The notes beneath the pieces were generated by a model that worked only from the letters and a program-made list of their open reading frames with translations, was not told the DNA's origin and made no database searches. Shown in pieces: positions 1 through 9,512 of a stretch of 64,000 bases of DNA. The stretch is from Candidatus Saccharimonadales bacterium (lineage in GTDB: Bacteria; Patescibacteriota; Saccharimonadia; Saccharimonadales; UBA10212), in contig DASTXL010000001.1 of the NCBI GenBank assembly GCA_035758565.1, forward strand, positions 267,242-331,241, read 5' to 3'. The position numbers and the translations under genes are program-made. Position 1 is the stretch's first letter. Every line of letters starts with the position of its first letter.

Positions 1-76
1 CTTTGCAGGCAAGTACTTTATAGTGGAGAAGCAAAAACGCCCAAAGCCTTGATAGGATGTTTACAGTAAGGTTGAC

Positions 77-649
77 ATGGAAGAGATTGAAGTTAAGTTT
101 CTGAATATCGACGTTGAAGAGATCGAGTCAAAGCTCAAAAGTTTGGGCGCTAAAAAAGAGTTTGACCAAAAATACCGGCGCAAAGTTTATGATTATCCGG
201 ACCTGCGACTCAACGATCAAGGCGCTTGGATTCGCGTGCGCGATGAAGGCAGTCAAGTAACCATGGGTTTCAAGCAAAGAAAGATGTCTGACGACGGTGC
301 GAATGACGTTGGCATGAAAGAAATCGAAATCAAAGTGGATAGCTTCGACAAAGCCTGGCAATTTTTAGAAGCTGTCGGATTAAAGCAGAAGTTCTACGAA
401 GAAAACCGCCGGGTGCGCTGGACGCTCGACACCATTGAATTTGATATTGATTATTGGCCGCTGCTTAAACCGTACCTAGAGATTGAGGCAGGGAGCTGGA
501 AAGATATTGATAAAGCTATTAAAATACTTGACTTGAACCCCGACGACAAAAAAATATTCTCGACTTTTCAGGTATATCAGCTCGAAGGCATTAACGAGCT
601 GGAGTACGATATCCTGACCTTCGATAGCCAGATCAAAAAATCTAATTAA
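77..649 (+). CDS. CYTH-domain protein (class IV adenylate cyclase CyaB-like / triphosphatase)
   Basis: N-terminal EIEVKF (ExExK-type CYTH signature). Size of 190 aa and charged beta-rich pattern fit the family. Confidence 0.65.
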   Translation: MEEIEVKFLNIDVEEIESKLKSLGAKKEFDQKYRRKVYDYPDLRLNDQGAWIRVRDEGSQVTMGFKQRKMSDDGANDVGMKEIEIKVDSFDKAWQFLEAVGLKQKFYEENRRVRWTLDTIEFDIDYWPLLKPYLEIEAGSWKDIDKAIKILDLNPDDKKIFSTFQVYQLEGINELEYDILTFDSQIKKSN

Positions 650-1313
650 AAGCTTCTTCGGTTAATTTTTCTAGGTTTGGAATAATTATCCGGCGACCGG
701 TTTTGATCAAGCCTTTTTTGCGCAAGCGAATAATATTGGTCGAGATAGTTTCGCGGGTCAGGCTAAGAATATCCGCTAAGTCTTGGTGGGTAAGCTGCAG
801 GTCGATCTGCGTACCTTCTTTGACTTGCTTGCCGTAAGCTTCGGCCAAGTAAACCAGCTGGTGAGCCAACCTTTTGTATGAACTGCGCAGAGTGAGATTC
901 TCTAGGCTATTTAAGGTCGAATGCAGGCGTTTGCCGCAGATCGCCAGCAAGTCGCGATACAGAATTGGGTCGTTTTCTATACCTTCTTGAAGAACCGGCT
1001 GCTCAACTGTGTAAAGCTCTACGTCATTCATGGCTTCATAGTAGTAGACTTCGGGTCCGGGATTAATATCTTGCCCAACCAAGATTTTAAGAGCCAGCGT
1101 GATAGGGAAAATATCGCCGGGACCATAAATTACCTGCACACCCAACGCGCCATCGTTAGAAATTAGGTAGCGCTTAACAAAACCGGACTTGATCATGTTA
1201 AAAACAAGCCGGTCTTCGGTAGACTGGATGATTTGGCCTTTGGGAATCTTATAGTGGCGACCCTTAAGCAACAGAGCTTTTAGCTCTTCCGAAATTTTGG
1301 CGTCATTCATCAC
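642..1313 (-). CDS. Crp/Fnr-family transcriptional regulator (cNMP-binding domain plus C-terminal HTH)
   Basis: 223 aa. C-terminal HTH LTHQDLADILSLTRETISTNIIRLRKKGLI; N-terminal beta-roll-like region. Confidence 0.8.
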   Translation of the reverse strand: MMNDAKISEELKALLLKGRHYKIPKGQIIQSTEDRLVFNMIKSGFVKRYLISNDGALGVQVIYGPGDIFPITLALKILVGQDINPGPEVYYYEAMNDVELYTVEQPVLQEGIENDPILYRDLLAICGKRLHSTLNSLENLTLRSSYKRLAHQLVYLAEAYGKQVKEGTQIDLQLTHQDLADILSLTRETISTNIIRLRKKGLIKTGRRIIIPNLEKLTEEAFN

Positions 1314-1403
1314 CTATAAGGATATCAAACGCTACGATTTTATAAAGCATAAGGGGTTATAGCTCTGGTAAAAACATCGATTTTATGTTAATGTTATAGA
1401 TAT

Positions 1404-2597
1404 ATGAGTGAGGCTCAAAACATAAATAACGGGCTTTGGCTGCCGCCTGGAGTTGAGCTTAGCGGTTCAAGCCCAGCCGAGTTACCGTCGGATATCGATC
1501 TAAGCGATCTGCCTCCAGACATAGATCTAACCGATTTGCCTCTTAGAGATCCGGACGAAATAGCTAAAGAACAGTATGGCTTTGCCAGCGACAGCGATGA
1601 GTTCGAGGAGCGGTTTTCTACGAGCGCAATTTATAGACGAGAACTCTACTTAAAGTATTCTTACCCCGAAAGAAACATTTTCCGGGAAGCCGGCCAAGAA
1701 ATACAGGGGCAATCAATTCTTGAAATTGGCTACGGTGACGGCATTCTTATAAAAAACTATGTGCCCCAACACCCCAATGCCAGAGTAGTTGGAGTCGATA
1801 GAGCTTCAAACTTCCAAGAAGAGCTCAAAGAGTATTTTGAGCAAAAGAAACCCGGAATAGACATCGAGCTTTACAAAATGGATGCCCGTCAGCTCGAGTT
1901 CCCGGACGAATCTTTTGACTGTGTAGTCAGTATGTTCGTTTTATATCACTCTGACGCAATGAAGATACTTCAGGAGATAAAGCGAGTATTGAAGCCTGGT
2001 GGTCGGCTCATCGTTGGGCTGCGTTCGCCTGGCAATCAGCAAAAATTGTGGGACTTTGCGGGTGATGTAACGAAAGAACTTCGGCAAGTTTCTCGAGAGC
2101 GCGGAGCGGTTGAGTGGTACGGAAGAACTATTGATTATCGAACCCTCTTAGCACCTCCGAGCTTTTACTCTAACTTCAGCGTAGAAATGGGCGATCGGAT
2201 TTTACCCACAATGTTTGCTCCAGTGCATTCAAATCTATATTTGCCCCATTCCTCAAACTATGATCCGCGTCGGCAATTTGGAGAGTTGCACATTCCATAT
2301 CAACTGGGTGAAAAGGGTGAAGACGAGGGTTGGGGCGACTATAAGCGTACTCTTGACTCATTGCGAGACAGCTGCGAGAGCATTGTTTTAATAGACGATG
2401 AACCTCAGCGAGTACGCAACGTGCCGCAAGGTGGCGACTGGGATGCGGCAGTGGACAAAGTGGTGAGGCCCGTTTACGAGGCTGAAGTTAAGCGCAACGG
2501 CTACTTTACCGAATACGTCAAGCAAGCCTATTCCGTGTGGCAAAAGGTGCCTGATTCTTACCTGACAGAATTGCCACCAGCCGAATTTGATATATAA
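1404..2597 (+). CDS. Class I SAM-dependent methyltransferase with acidic N-terminal repeat region
   Basis: Motif I ILEIGYGDG and post-I LKPGGRLIV. N-terminus carries the tandem peptide LPSDIDLSDLPPDIDLTDLP. Confidence 0.7.
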   Translation: MSEAQNINNGLWLPPGVELSGSSPAELPSDIDLSDLPPDIDLTDLPLRDPDEIAKEQYGFASDSDEFEERFSTSAIYRRELYLKYSYPERNIFREAGQEIQGQSILEIGYGDGILIKNYVPQHPNARVVGVDRASNFQEELKEYFEQKKPGIDIELYKMDARQLEFPDESFDCVVSMFVLYHSDAMKILQEIKRVLKPGGRLIVGLRSPGNQQKLWDFAGDVTKELRQVSRERGAVEWYGRTIDYRTLLAPPSFYSNFSVEMGDRILPTMFAPVHSNLYLPHSSNYDPRRQFGELHIPYQLGEKGEDEGWGDYKRTLDSLRDSCESIVLIDDEPQRVRNVPQGGDWDAAVDKVVRPVYEAEVKRNGYFTEYVKQAYSVWQKVPDSYLTELPPAEFDI

Positions 2598-2628
2598 AAA
2601 ACGACCGGAGGGCAGGCCGGTCGTTTTA
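2597..2628. terminator. Rho-independent-type hairpin after the methyltransferase gene
   Basis: Stem acgaccgg (2601-2608) pairs with ccggtcgt (2617-2624). Flanked by an A-run upstream and a T-run downstream. Confidence 0.6.
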
Positions 2629-2662
2629 GGGCAAGTGGACTTACTTAGGATTAGTTTAGCTT

Positions 2663-2836
2663 TTAAGCTAGCTGGTGCTTAATGCGGCGCCAGCGCCTAG
2701 CTTGCAGTTTGCGAGCTTTTTCTCTCCAGGCGTAATTGTCGTCATCTTCCAGTTCATCAAGAGTGATATTAGACAACCTTGCCGGTTGAGTCAGTATGTA
2801 TTTAATGTTTGTGTCCGACGTACGCGCACTTTTCAT
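2663..2836 (-). CDS. Small hypothetical protein (57 aa), absent from the ORF track (below size cutoff)
   Basis: ATG at 2836 preceded by a strong SD (gaagggggagagctATG). Translation MKSARTSDTNIKYILTQPARLSNITLDELEDDDNYAWREKARKLQARRWRRIKHQLA. It competes with the low-complexity + strand ORF 2675-2863. Confidence 0.4.
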   Translation of the reverse strand: MKSARTSDTNIKYILTQPARLSNITLDELEDDDNYAWREKARKLQARRWRRIKHQLA

Positions 2837-2996
2837 AGCTCTCCCCCTTCATTGCTATTGTGACTAAAATGATATCGTTAAGCATAAGCTACCGGCTGTG
2901 AACAATTGCTTAAACCGATTGTTAACCATTTATCAATTGCCTTGTAAAATATCTCTCATAGGGCGTTAATTAACAGATAAGCGAGCCATAAAGGTT

Positions 2997-3659
2997 ATGA
3001 ATAAATTTGAATTTAAAAAGATCTTATCCACAGAGCCTGTGTATAACTATGTGCTCAAATCAATCGAAGAACACCTTGAAAACGGTGCAAAAGTGCTTTG
3101 GTTGCTATCGGGAGGTTCGGCGATTCCCATTGAAATCGAAGTTTCGAAGAAACTAAAAGACAACCACAAAACGGATAATCTAACCGCTTTGCTAATTGAC
3201 GAACGCTACGGCGATGCCGGTCATAAAGACTCGAATTACGAACAACTTAAAAGTTCTGGCTTTGACCTACCCCTCAAACCAATCTTGGAGAACAAAGGCC
3301 TTGAACAAACTGTAAATGATTACCAAAGCGAACTCTCTAGTTTGCTCGATCAAACTGATTTTGTAATCGCCTTAGCCGGACTGGGGCCCGACGGGCACAC
3401 CTTTGGTATTAAGCCGCACAGCCCGTCAGTAGAAACCGAGCGTCTAGTAATCGGCTACGAGTGGGACGATTACGTACGCATCACCACCACCGCTAAATTA
3501 ATAGAGAGAATTGACCTGTTGATCGTGTACGCAGCCGGGCTCGAGAAAAGAGAACAACTAACGAAGTTAAAATCCAACCTACCGGCAGCCGAACAGCCGG
3601 CGCAGCTTTTGAAACTAGGTAAAGAAGTGATCATCTTCAACGATCAAATAGACGAATAG
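2997..3659 (+). CDS. pgl: 6-phosphogluconolactonase
   Basis: Motifs LSGGSAIP, LIDERYGD..DSNY and GLGPDGHTFGI; directly upstream of gnd. Confidence 0.8.
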   Translation: MNKFEFKKILSTEPVYNYVLKSIEEHLENGAKVLWLLSGGSAIPIEIEVSKKLKDNHKTDNLTALLIDERYGDAGHKDSNYEQLKSSGFDLPLKPILENKGLEQTVNDYQSELSSLLDQTDFVIALAGLGPDGHTFGIKPHSPSVETERLVIGYEWDDYVRITTTAKLIERIDLLIVYAAGLEKREQLTKLKSNLPAAEQPAQLLKLGKEVIIFNDQIDE

Positions 3660-3699
3660 CTCGAGCAGTTTATAATAGACATAAAAGGAGGGCGTTAAG

Positions 3700-4647
3700 A
3701 TGCGTATTGGATTTAGTGGCCTCGGGCGCATGGGCGGCAACATGGTAGCCCGTTTATTAGAAAATGGTCATGAGGTAGTAGTTCTGAATCGTAGCCCGGA
3801 GCCGGTCGAAGAGGCGGTTAAACTTGGTGCTATCGCAGCCACAGACTACAAAGATTTGGCTTCCAAAATGAACCCGGCCATTATTTGGTTAATGTTGCCC
3901 GAAAACATTACCCAGGATCACGTGACCAAGGCTCTAGAAGCTCTGCCCGAAGGCGGCATACTTATTAACGGAGCTAATTCCCGCTACACCGATAGCACTA
4001 AATACGCCGAACAAGCCCGCCAAAAGAAAGTCCTCTACCTGGATGTTGGTACCAGCGGCGGAATTCTAGGACGCAAGGCCGGCTACGCCATGATGATCGG
4101 CGGCGATGAGCAGGCAGTCGAAGCTGTCAGACCAATTCTAGAAAGCTTGGCCCCGGCCGGTGGCGGGTGGGGATGTTTTGGTCCGGCCGGAGCCGGACAC
4201 TTCGTCAAGATGGTTCATAACGCCATTGAATACGGAATGATGGAATCTTACGTTGAAGGTTATCGAATGCTAAAGGAAGGACCTTATAAGGGGATTGATC
4301 TGGCCAAAGTTGGCGGCGTTTGGCAGCACGGCAGCATAGTGGATTCGCTGCTCAACGAAATGGCCCGCCAAGCCTTAGCCGAAAACCCTGAAATGACAGG
4401 GGTCGAAGGAGTAGTCGCCGAGAGCGGCGAAGCCCGATGGACGCTAGAGACGGCCAAAGAATTAAATATGCCAATGCCATCGATCCAAGCGGCCTTTGAC
4501 GTGCGCCTAGCTAGCCAAAAAGGCGAAATAACCTATGCCACCAAACTCCTGGCAGCCATTCGCAATAAATTCGGCGGCCACGCCTTAAACCCGACAGACC
4601 CGAACCATAGCGAAGCAGAAAAGGGTAGCCGCACTATTGCGCGGTAA
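3700..4647 (+). CDS. gnd: 6-phosphogluconate dehydrogenase, decarboxylating (short YqeC-like form)
   Basis: Rossmann N-terminus MRIGFSGLGRMGGNMVARLLENGHEVVV and GAGHFVKMVHNAIEYG. SD aaaaggaggg lies upstream. Confidence 0.85.
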   Translation: MRIGFSGLGRMGGNMVARLLENGHEVVVLNRSPEPVEEAVKLGAIAATDYKDLASKMNPAIIWLMLPENITQDHVTKALEALPEGGILINGANSRYTDSTKYAEQARQKKVLYLDVGTSGGILGRKAGYAMMIGGDEQAVEAVRPILESLAPAGGGWGCFGPAGAGHFVKMVHNAIEYGMMESYVEGYRMLKEGPYKGIDLAKVGGVWQHGSIVDSLLNEMARQALAENPEMTGVEGVVAESGEARWTLETAKELNMPMPSIQAAFDVRLASQKGEITYATKLLAAIRNKFGGHALNPTDPNHSEAEKGSRTIAR

Positions 4648-4686
4648 AGGTGAAAATATCAACTAAAACTGGTATATTTAGCTAAA

Positions 4687-5772
4687 ATGCTAAAGCTAAA
4701 CAAAAAATCAATAATCAAAAGGTCCAAAAAGGCTAATCAGCGCGCTCCAAAAAAGCGGATTTTCTTAAGTATGGCTTGGCTAACGGCCGTTTTTGCGCTG
4801 ATCTTGTGGTTTTTGGTCTTTTATTACACGCCTACTCATCCATCGGCCAAAGCGCTCTATTACAAAAGTTTAGACTTGTCACAGGCTAGACAGGCCACCT
4901 ACGTTGGCAAGCCGATAGAAAAAGTCAAAGATTTTGGCGTAGTCAACAATGTGCGCGAACAATTAGTTGTCTTTAATGTGTCTAAGGACGGTTTAAGCGA
5001 GTACGCCCTAATGACGCTGCCTAAAGACCCGCCCAAAAACGGCCACTATCCAACCATTATCCTGTGTCACGGTTATGCCAACCCCGAGGCATATTCAACG
5101 CTCGAAACCTACATTAACGATATGGATTTTTACAGTCAGCACGGCTTTGCCGTTATTAAGCCCGATTTTCGGGGCAACGGTTTCTCGGTAGCTTCAGGCA
5201 CGCCCGACGGCGCCTATTATTCTATGAGTTATAACACTGATGTTATGAGCCTTATCGCCTCGGTCAAACAAACCGGCTACCTAGACAAAAATAACATTAG
5301 CCTTTGGGGTCAAAGTATGGGAGCTTACGTTGCCCTGCGGGCAGCTGTAGTTTCGCCGGATATAAAACATGTGGTATTACTATCCGGCCCGGTGGGCACG
5401 CCGCAAGATATGTATTTGGATTACACGCCGATATCCGATTTTAATAATCCCGCTGCTACGGAAATCCGTCTGCAAGAAATCAACGCCCACGGTACGCCCG
5501 CGTCTAATCCAGCTTATTGGAATAAAACCACGCCGCTGAGCTATCTCAAACTCATTAAAGCTAACATTCAAATTCACGTCGGTTCAAAAGACCAAATAGT
5601 GCCTCCGAAGTTTTCTGCCGACTTAAACAGCAGGCTTAACAAACTCAAAATTCCCCACGAATATTATGTGTATCCTAATGGCGATCACGGCTTGGGCGCG
5701 CAGCGAGGTCTAGTTTGGCCGCGGTCTCTAACTTTTTTTCAGGCTAAATCAAGCCTCGACACTAAACACTAG
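4687..5772 (+). CDS. Membrane-anchored alpha/beta hydrolase (S9 peptidase / esterase-like)
   Basis: N-terminal TM helix, nucleophile elbow GQSMGAY, and later GSKDQIV and GDHG (Ser-Asp-His arrangement). Confidence 0.6.
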   Translation: MLKLNKKSIIKRSKKANQRAPKKRIFLSMAWLTAVFALILWFLVFYYTPTHPSAKALYYKSLDLSQARQATYVGKPIEKVKDFGVVNNVREQLVVFNVSKDGLSEYALMTLPKDPPKNGHYPTIILCHGYANPEAYSTLETYINDMDFYSQHGFAVIKPDFRGNGFSVASGTPDGAYYSMSYNTDVMSLIASVKQTGYLDKNNISLWGQSMGAYVALRAAVVSPDIKHVVLLSGPVGTPQDMYLDYTPISDFNNPAATEIRLQEINAHGTPASNPAYWNKTTPLSYLKLIKANIQIHVGSKDQIVPPKFSADLNSRLNKLKIPHEYYVYPNGDHGLGAQRGLVWPRSLTFFQAKSSLDTKH

Positions 5773-6996
5773 TAGCTTTAGAAAAGGTTTTTTAATGCCG
5801 CGAATTATTGAGTTAACTTTTTTGTTAACATTCGGCTCGATATTTTTGTAAATAATGGTAACGATAAACAGCGCCACCAAAGCTCCGGCCGTAAATAGAA
5901 AGTTCTGCCAAAAGTTAGTTTGCGGCGGTATGTAATATTTAAAAGCAAACACAATAAAGGCGTGTTCGATATAAACAAGCAAACTATTGCGCCCAAGCAG
6001 TTCAACTAAGTATCTGGTATATCGATTGATGGTCTCGCTGTATTTGTTGATAAGCATAAACAAAACGCTAAACCAAAGAGCAAACAAAACTAAGCGCAGA
6101 GGTCCGAGAGTCCATTTTTGAGCGTAAACCCAAACCGCTGAGTTAAAGCTATTCCAGTGCAAAGTCAGATTATAAAGCCAGTGCGGCAGCGAGGGTAGTT
6201 TTTCATTCAAAACAGATAGTATATAGACGCTGGCGTAACTAAACAGGAACGTTATGGCCGAAACGCCAACAATAGAAAGCTCGATCTTTTTCTTGGTAGA
6301 TGCCTTTAAGCTTTGCCAGCGGGCGTTGATCTGCGGCCAGTAAAAACCAAGCAGCATAGCCATGTTGAACAAGAACTGCCAGGTGATCGTAAAGTTATTG
6401 TCTTGCGGACCGAACTGACCCCACAGCCAAAACAAAAAACTGATACCGCTCATTAGCCACCACTTGCCCTTGGTCAGCAGATAAAAGGCAAACGGTGCAA
6501 TAAACATCAATAGGGCGAAACGATCCAAGAAATCCGCCCAGCCGTAACCATAGCGCATCAAAACAGTCTCTTTGATGATATGAGGCCAGTTGATTACGTT
6601 ATATAAGCCATACTTGATTGTCTGGTGGTTGGTGAAAACGGCCAACGCCGTAAACAGCAAGGTAAAGAACACCGAAGCCAGATAAAGTACCAGGGCTCGC
6701 CGCCACATTTTGCGGACAATAAATTTCATGCCAAGATTCAGGCGGCGCTTATAGACCATGCCCACAAGCAAGCCCGACATGAAGAAAAAGCCTTCGGCGG
6801 CACTAACGAACAGGCGGCCACGGCCGGTGAAATAATCAAACCCATTTGGGTAAAGTTCAATGTGGTCAATCAGTATAGAAATCAGAAACAGACCGCGAAT
6901 AATATCCAGGGAAACAATTCTGCTAGGCGAAAGATTGACGTTAACGGTAATATCTTCGATCTTGCTGTTAAGACGTTTTATGTTTTTTAGCACCAT
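5749..6996 (-). CDS. Polytopic membrane protein, OpgC/acyltransferase-3-like
   Basis: About 10 predicted TM helices. N-terminal SLDIIRGLFLISILIDH is typical of the family. Its 3' end overlaps the convergent hydrolase gene by 24 nt. Confidence 0.5.
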   Translation of the reverse strand: MVLKNIKRLNSKIEDITVNVNLSPSRIVSLDIIRGLFLISILIDHIELYPNGFDYFTGRGRLFVSAAEGFFFMSGLLVGMVYKRRLNLGMKFIVRKMWRRALVLYLASVFFTLLFTALAVFTNHQTIKYGLYNVINWPHIIKETVLMRYGYGWADFLDRFALLMFIAPFAFYLLTKGKWWLMSGISFLFWLWGQFGPQDNNFTITWQFLFNMAMLLGFYWPQINARWQSLKASTKKKIELSIVGVSAITFLFSYASVYILSVLNEKLPSLPHWLYNLTLHWNSFNSAVWVYAQKWTLGPLRLVLFALWFSVLFMLINKYSETINRYTRYLVELLGRNSLLVYIEHAFIVFAFKYYIPPQTNFWQNFLFTAGALVALFIVTIIYKNIEPNVNKKVNSIIRGIKKPFLKLLVFSVEA

Positions 6997-7195
6997 ATTA
7001 GTTTAAACCTTCTGGTTGATAGGCGTGGTTATACATGCTAATAAATTGTTCGGTTGTGATGCCGCTTAAAATCAAAACAAATCCTTAAATAGAAGCTTTG
7101 CTTTTATTATACCAAGTGCTGACTACAACTAATCAACCATCGCTGAATCTAGGCTGAGGTCTTAAACGCAAACGAGGCGTGCTAGAATTCTAGTA

Positions 7196-7825
7196 ATGAC
7201 AACGGCACCAAAACAAGCCCGCGAAAATGGTTGGACATTAGAAGCAGTTTTGCCCTGGCTTTTGGTTATTGGCGGCCTTATTGCTTTAGTTGCTTCGGTG
7301 ATGCTTTCTATAGAAGTGTTCGACAGGTTAAAAAACCCTAGCTACGTTCCTGTTTGCAATTTAAACCCCGTTTTGAGCTGCACGAATGTAGCGGATTCCA
7401 ATCAGGCTCACGCCTTCGGCTTTCCTAACTACTTCATTGGCATTGCCGGTTACGCCGCCGTAACCGCAATCGGTGTCGCCATGTTAGCTGGCGCCAAGTT
7501 TAAGCAGTGGTTTTGGCGATTGGTTGAAGCCGGGCTCTTGTTCGCCTTTTTATTCATTACCTGGCTGCAATTTCAGACGCTTTACCGCATTGGTGCGCTG
7601 TGTCTTTTTTGCATGATTGTCTGGGCCTGCACCGGACCGATGTTCTGGTACGCCACTTTATATAACTTGAGCGCCGGACACGCCCCTAAAAAGCTGACTA
7701 ATAAGTTTCCTCGAGCTATTGCTCTTGCTCGCCGGCATCACGGCGATATTTTACTCTTGTGGTTCTTAATAATTATCGCGCTGATTTTGAAACGCTTCTG
7801 GTACTACTGGAGTACTTTAGCCTAA
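7196..7825 (+). CDS. Vitamin K epoxide reductase (VKOR) family protein
   Basis: Four or five TM helices, loop cysteines CNLNPVLSC, and the active-site CLFC (CxxC) inside a TM helix. Confidence 0.75.
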   Translation: MTTAPKQARENGWTLEAVLPWLLVIGGLIALVASVMLSIEVFDRLKNPSYVPVCNLNPVLSCTNVADSNQAHAFGFPNYFIGIAGYAAVTAIGVAMLAGAKFKQWFWRLVEAGLLFAFLFITWLQFQTLYRIGALCLFCMIVWACTGPMFWYATLYNLSAGHAPKKLTNKFPRAIALARRHHGDILLLWFLIIIALILKRFWYYWSTLA

Positions 7826-8696
7826 GCCAACAACTGAGTTTCTCTAGTTCGCGGCTTACATAAGGCGCAGTTAGGTAAGCGCCGACGGCGTAAACAATAC
7901 CGGCAATCACGTCGATGGCGTAATGCTCGCCCTCGTAAACGACTCCTATGTATATCAGGGTAGGATAAAGTAGGCTTAAAGCGCCCCAACGCCGGCCGTA
8001 GAGCTTAAAAATCATCAACGAAAACAGCGTAGAAACACCAGCGTGTAAAGATGGAAAAGCGGCTACTGGGTTAGGAGAAATGTGATTATAGACCGAAGGG
8101 AAGTTGTGAATGCCCATGGCCGACCAAACATAGCTTGAAACTCTTGTTATTGGCTGAATGTAGTGATTTTGCGAGGCTAGCCAAGGTGGAGCCGTCGGCA
8201 GCAATAAAAATGTCAGATAGCCGGCAAAAAATAGCAAGCTATAAGCCGTTATGACCTGCCAATAATAACTATCCCGTGTTTTCCAAACTAAAATCGCCAC
8301 AAAAAATGGGATGATGAAAAACATCATGTACGGAATGTATAAAAGAATGTCGTACCACCGGACATGACCAGTCCACAGCCAGTTCTGCAAATAAACCGTT
8401 GGCAGGTTGCCAAATAAGAGCTTGTCGGCGTGGGGAGCAAAACCGTAGTGCACGTGCTTGTTCAACTGGTCGGCCACGCTGCGAAAAGATTCATAAATAA
8501 GAATCACGACCACAAAGGGTAGTAGCCGCTTGGTAAACTCCCAAGCATTGTCAAAAGCCATAAAAACAAACAGCAAAAATACGAAGAGTTTGTCTGGAGT
8601 AGGAAAGCTGGGTTCATGAATAAAGGCCGCCAGACACAGTAGCGCGCCGATAAGACCGAACGCTTTGATGAAATGAATTCGCTTAAGTTTAGCCAC
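7773..8696 (-). CDS. PAP2-superfamily membrane phosphatase/phosphotransferase
   Basis: Motifs PSLHAG and EHYAIDVIAG in a polytopic protein. Its 3' end overlaps VKOR by 53 nt (convergent). Confidence 0.6.
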   Translation of the reverse strand: MAKLKRIHFIKAFGLIGALLCLAAFIHEPSFPTPDKLFVFLLFVFMAFDNAWEFTKRLLPFVVVILIYESFRSVADQLNKHVHYGFAPHADKLLFGNLPTVYLQNWLWTGHVRWYDILLYIPYMMFFIIPFFVAILVWKTRDSYYWQVITAYSLLFFAGYLTFLLLPTAPPWLASQNHYIQPITRVSSYVWSAMGIHNFPSVYNHISPNPVAAFPSLHAGVSTLFSLMIFKLYGRRWGALSLLYPTLIYIGVVYEGEHYAIDVIAGIVYAVGAYLTAPYVSRELEKLSCWLRLKYSSSTRSVSKSAR

Positions 8697-8774
8697 TTTT
8701 ATAATTCTACATCAGCCGCAGTGCGCTTGCCGCTGTTCAGTTTATTATCAGATTCTATCAAGTAAAATTAAGTT

Positions 8775-9452
8775 ATGAGGATTTTAGTTATCGAAGACGA
8801 GCATAAGATTGCTAACGCGCTGAAGCGCGGATTAGAACAAGAGAAGTATGCCGTTGATGTTGAATACGACAGCGATAGCGGCTTAGGCGCCGCCCTAAGC
8901 GAAAGTTACGACGTAATGATTATTGACCGCATGCTGCCGGGTTCGATAGAGGGTTTGGATATCTGCCGTCAACTACGCGAAAAGGGCGTGCACACACCGA
9001 TTCTGCTACTAACTGCCCGCGACCAAGTCCGAGACCGCGTAGAGGGTTTAAATTCCGGCGCCGATGATTATTTAGTTAAACCATTCAGCTTCGAGGAGTT
9101 GCTCGCCCGCATCCGGGCACTGCTGCGCCGGCCGCACGAAGCTCAAAGCACGGTTTTAAACGTCGGCGATCTGTCGCTAGATCCGGTGACTTATGAAGTC
9201 AAGCGCTCGGGCAAGGATATTCGCTTAAGCGCCAAAGAGTTTGCACTTTTGGAATACTTAATGCGCAACGCCGGGCGAGTTTTATCAAAAGATAATCTCA
9301 TTGCGCACGTTTGGGACTTTGATGCCGACGTTTTGCCGAATACGGTGGAGGTTTATATGGGCTATTTACGCAGCAAAATCGATAAGCCCTTCGACAGCCC
9401 AGAACTGCTTCATACGCTCCGCGGCTTTGGCTACAAACTAGGAGAAAGATAA
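8775..9452 (+). CDS. OmpR/PhoB-family response regulator
   Basis: Receiver domain MRILVIEDE...DVMIIDRMLPG plus a winged-helix C-terminus (TLRGFGYKL). Confidence 0.9.
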   Translation: MRILVIEDEHKIANALKRGLEQEKYAVDVEYDSDSGLGAALSESYDVMIIDRMLPGSIEGLDICRQLREKGVHTPILLLTARDQVRDRVEGLNSGADDYLVKPFSFEELLARIRALLRRPHEAQSTVLNVGDLSLDPVTYEVKRSGKDIRLSAKEFALLEYLMRNAGRVLSKDNLIAHVWDFDADVLPNTVEVYMGYLRSKIDKPFDSPELLHTLRGFGYKLGER

Positions 9453-9512
9453 GATGAGTTTTAATGATTCAAAATCAAATCAGGCCGGCACGGCAAGAAG
9501 GCTTGCTTAAAA

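Noticed and set aside
1466-1540. Tandem nucleotide repeat at the 5' end of the methyltransferase gene
   Set aside because: It is an in-frame peptide repeat (LPSDIDLSDLPPDIDLTDLP) inside a clean ORF. It is noted in the feature but not considered an independent element.
7182-7193. Perfect 12-bp palindrome CTAGAATTCTAG abutting the VKOR start codon, as an operator
   Set aside because: A perfect 12-bp palindrome is expected about 16 times by chance in 64 kb. There is no second copy or associated regulator.
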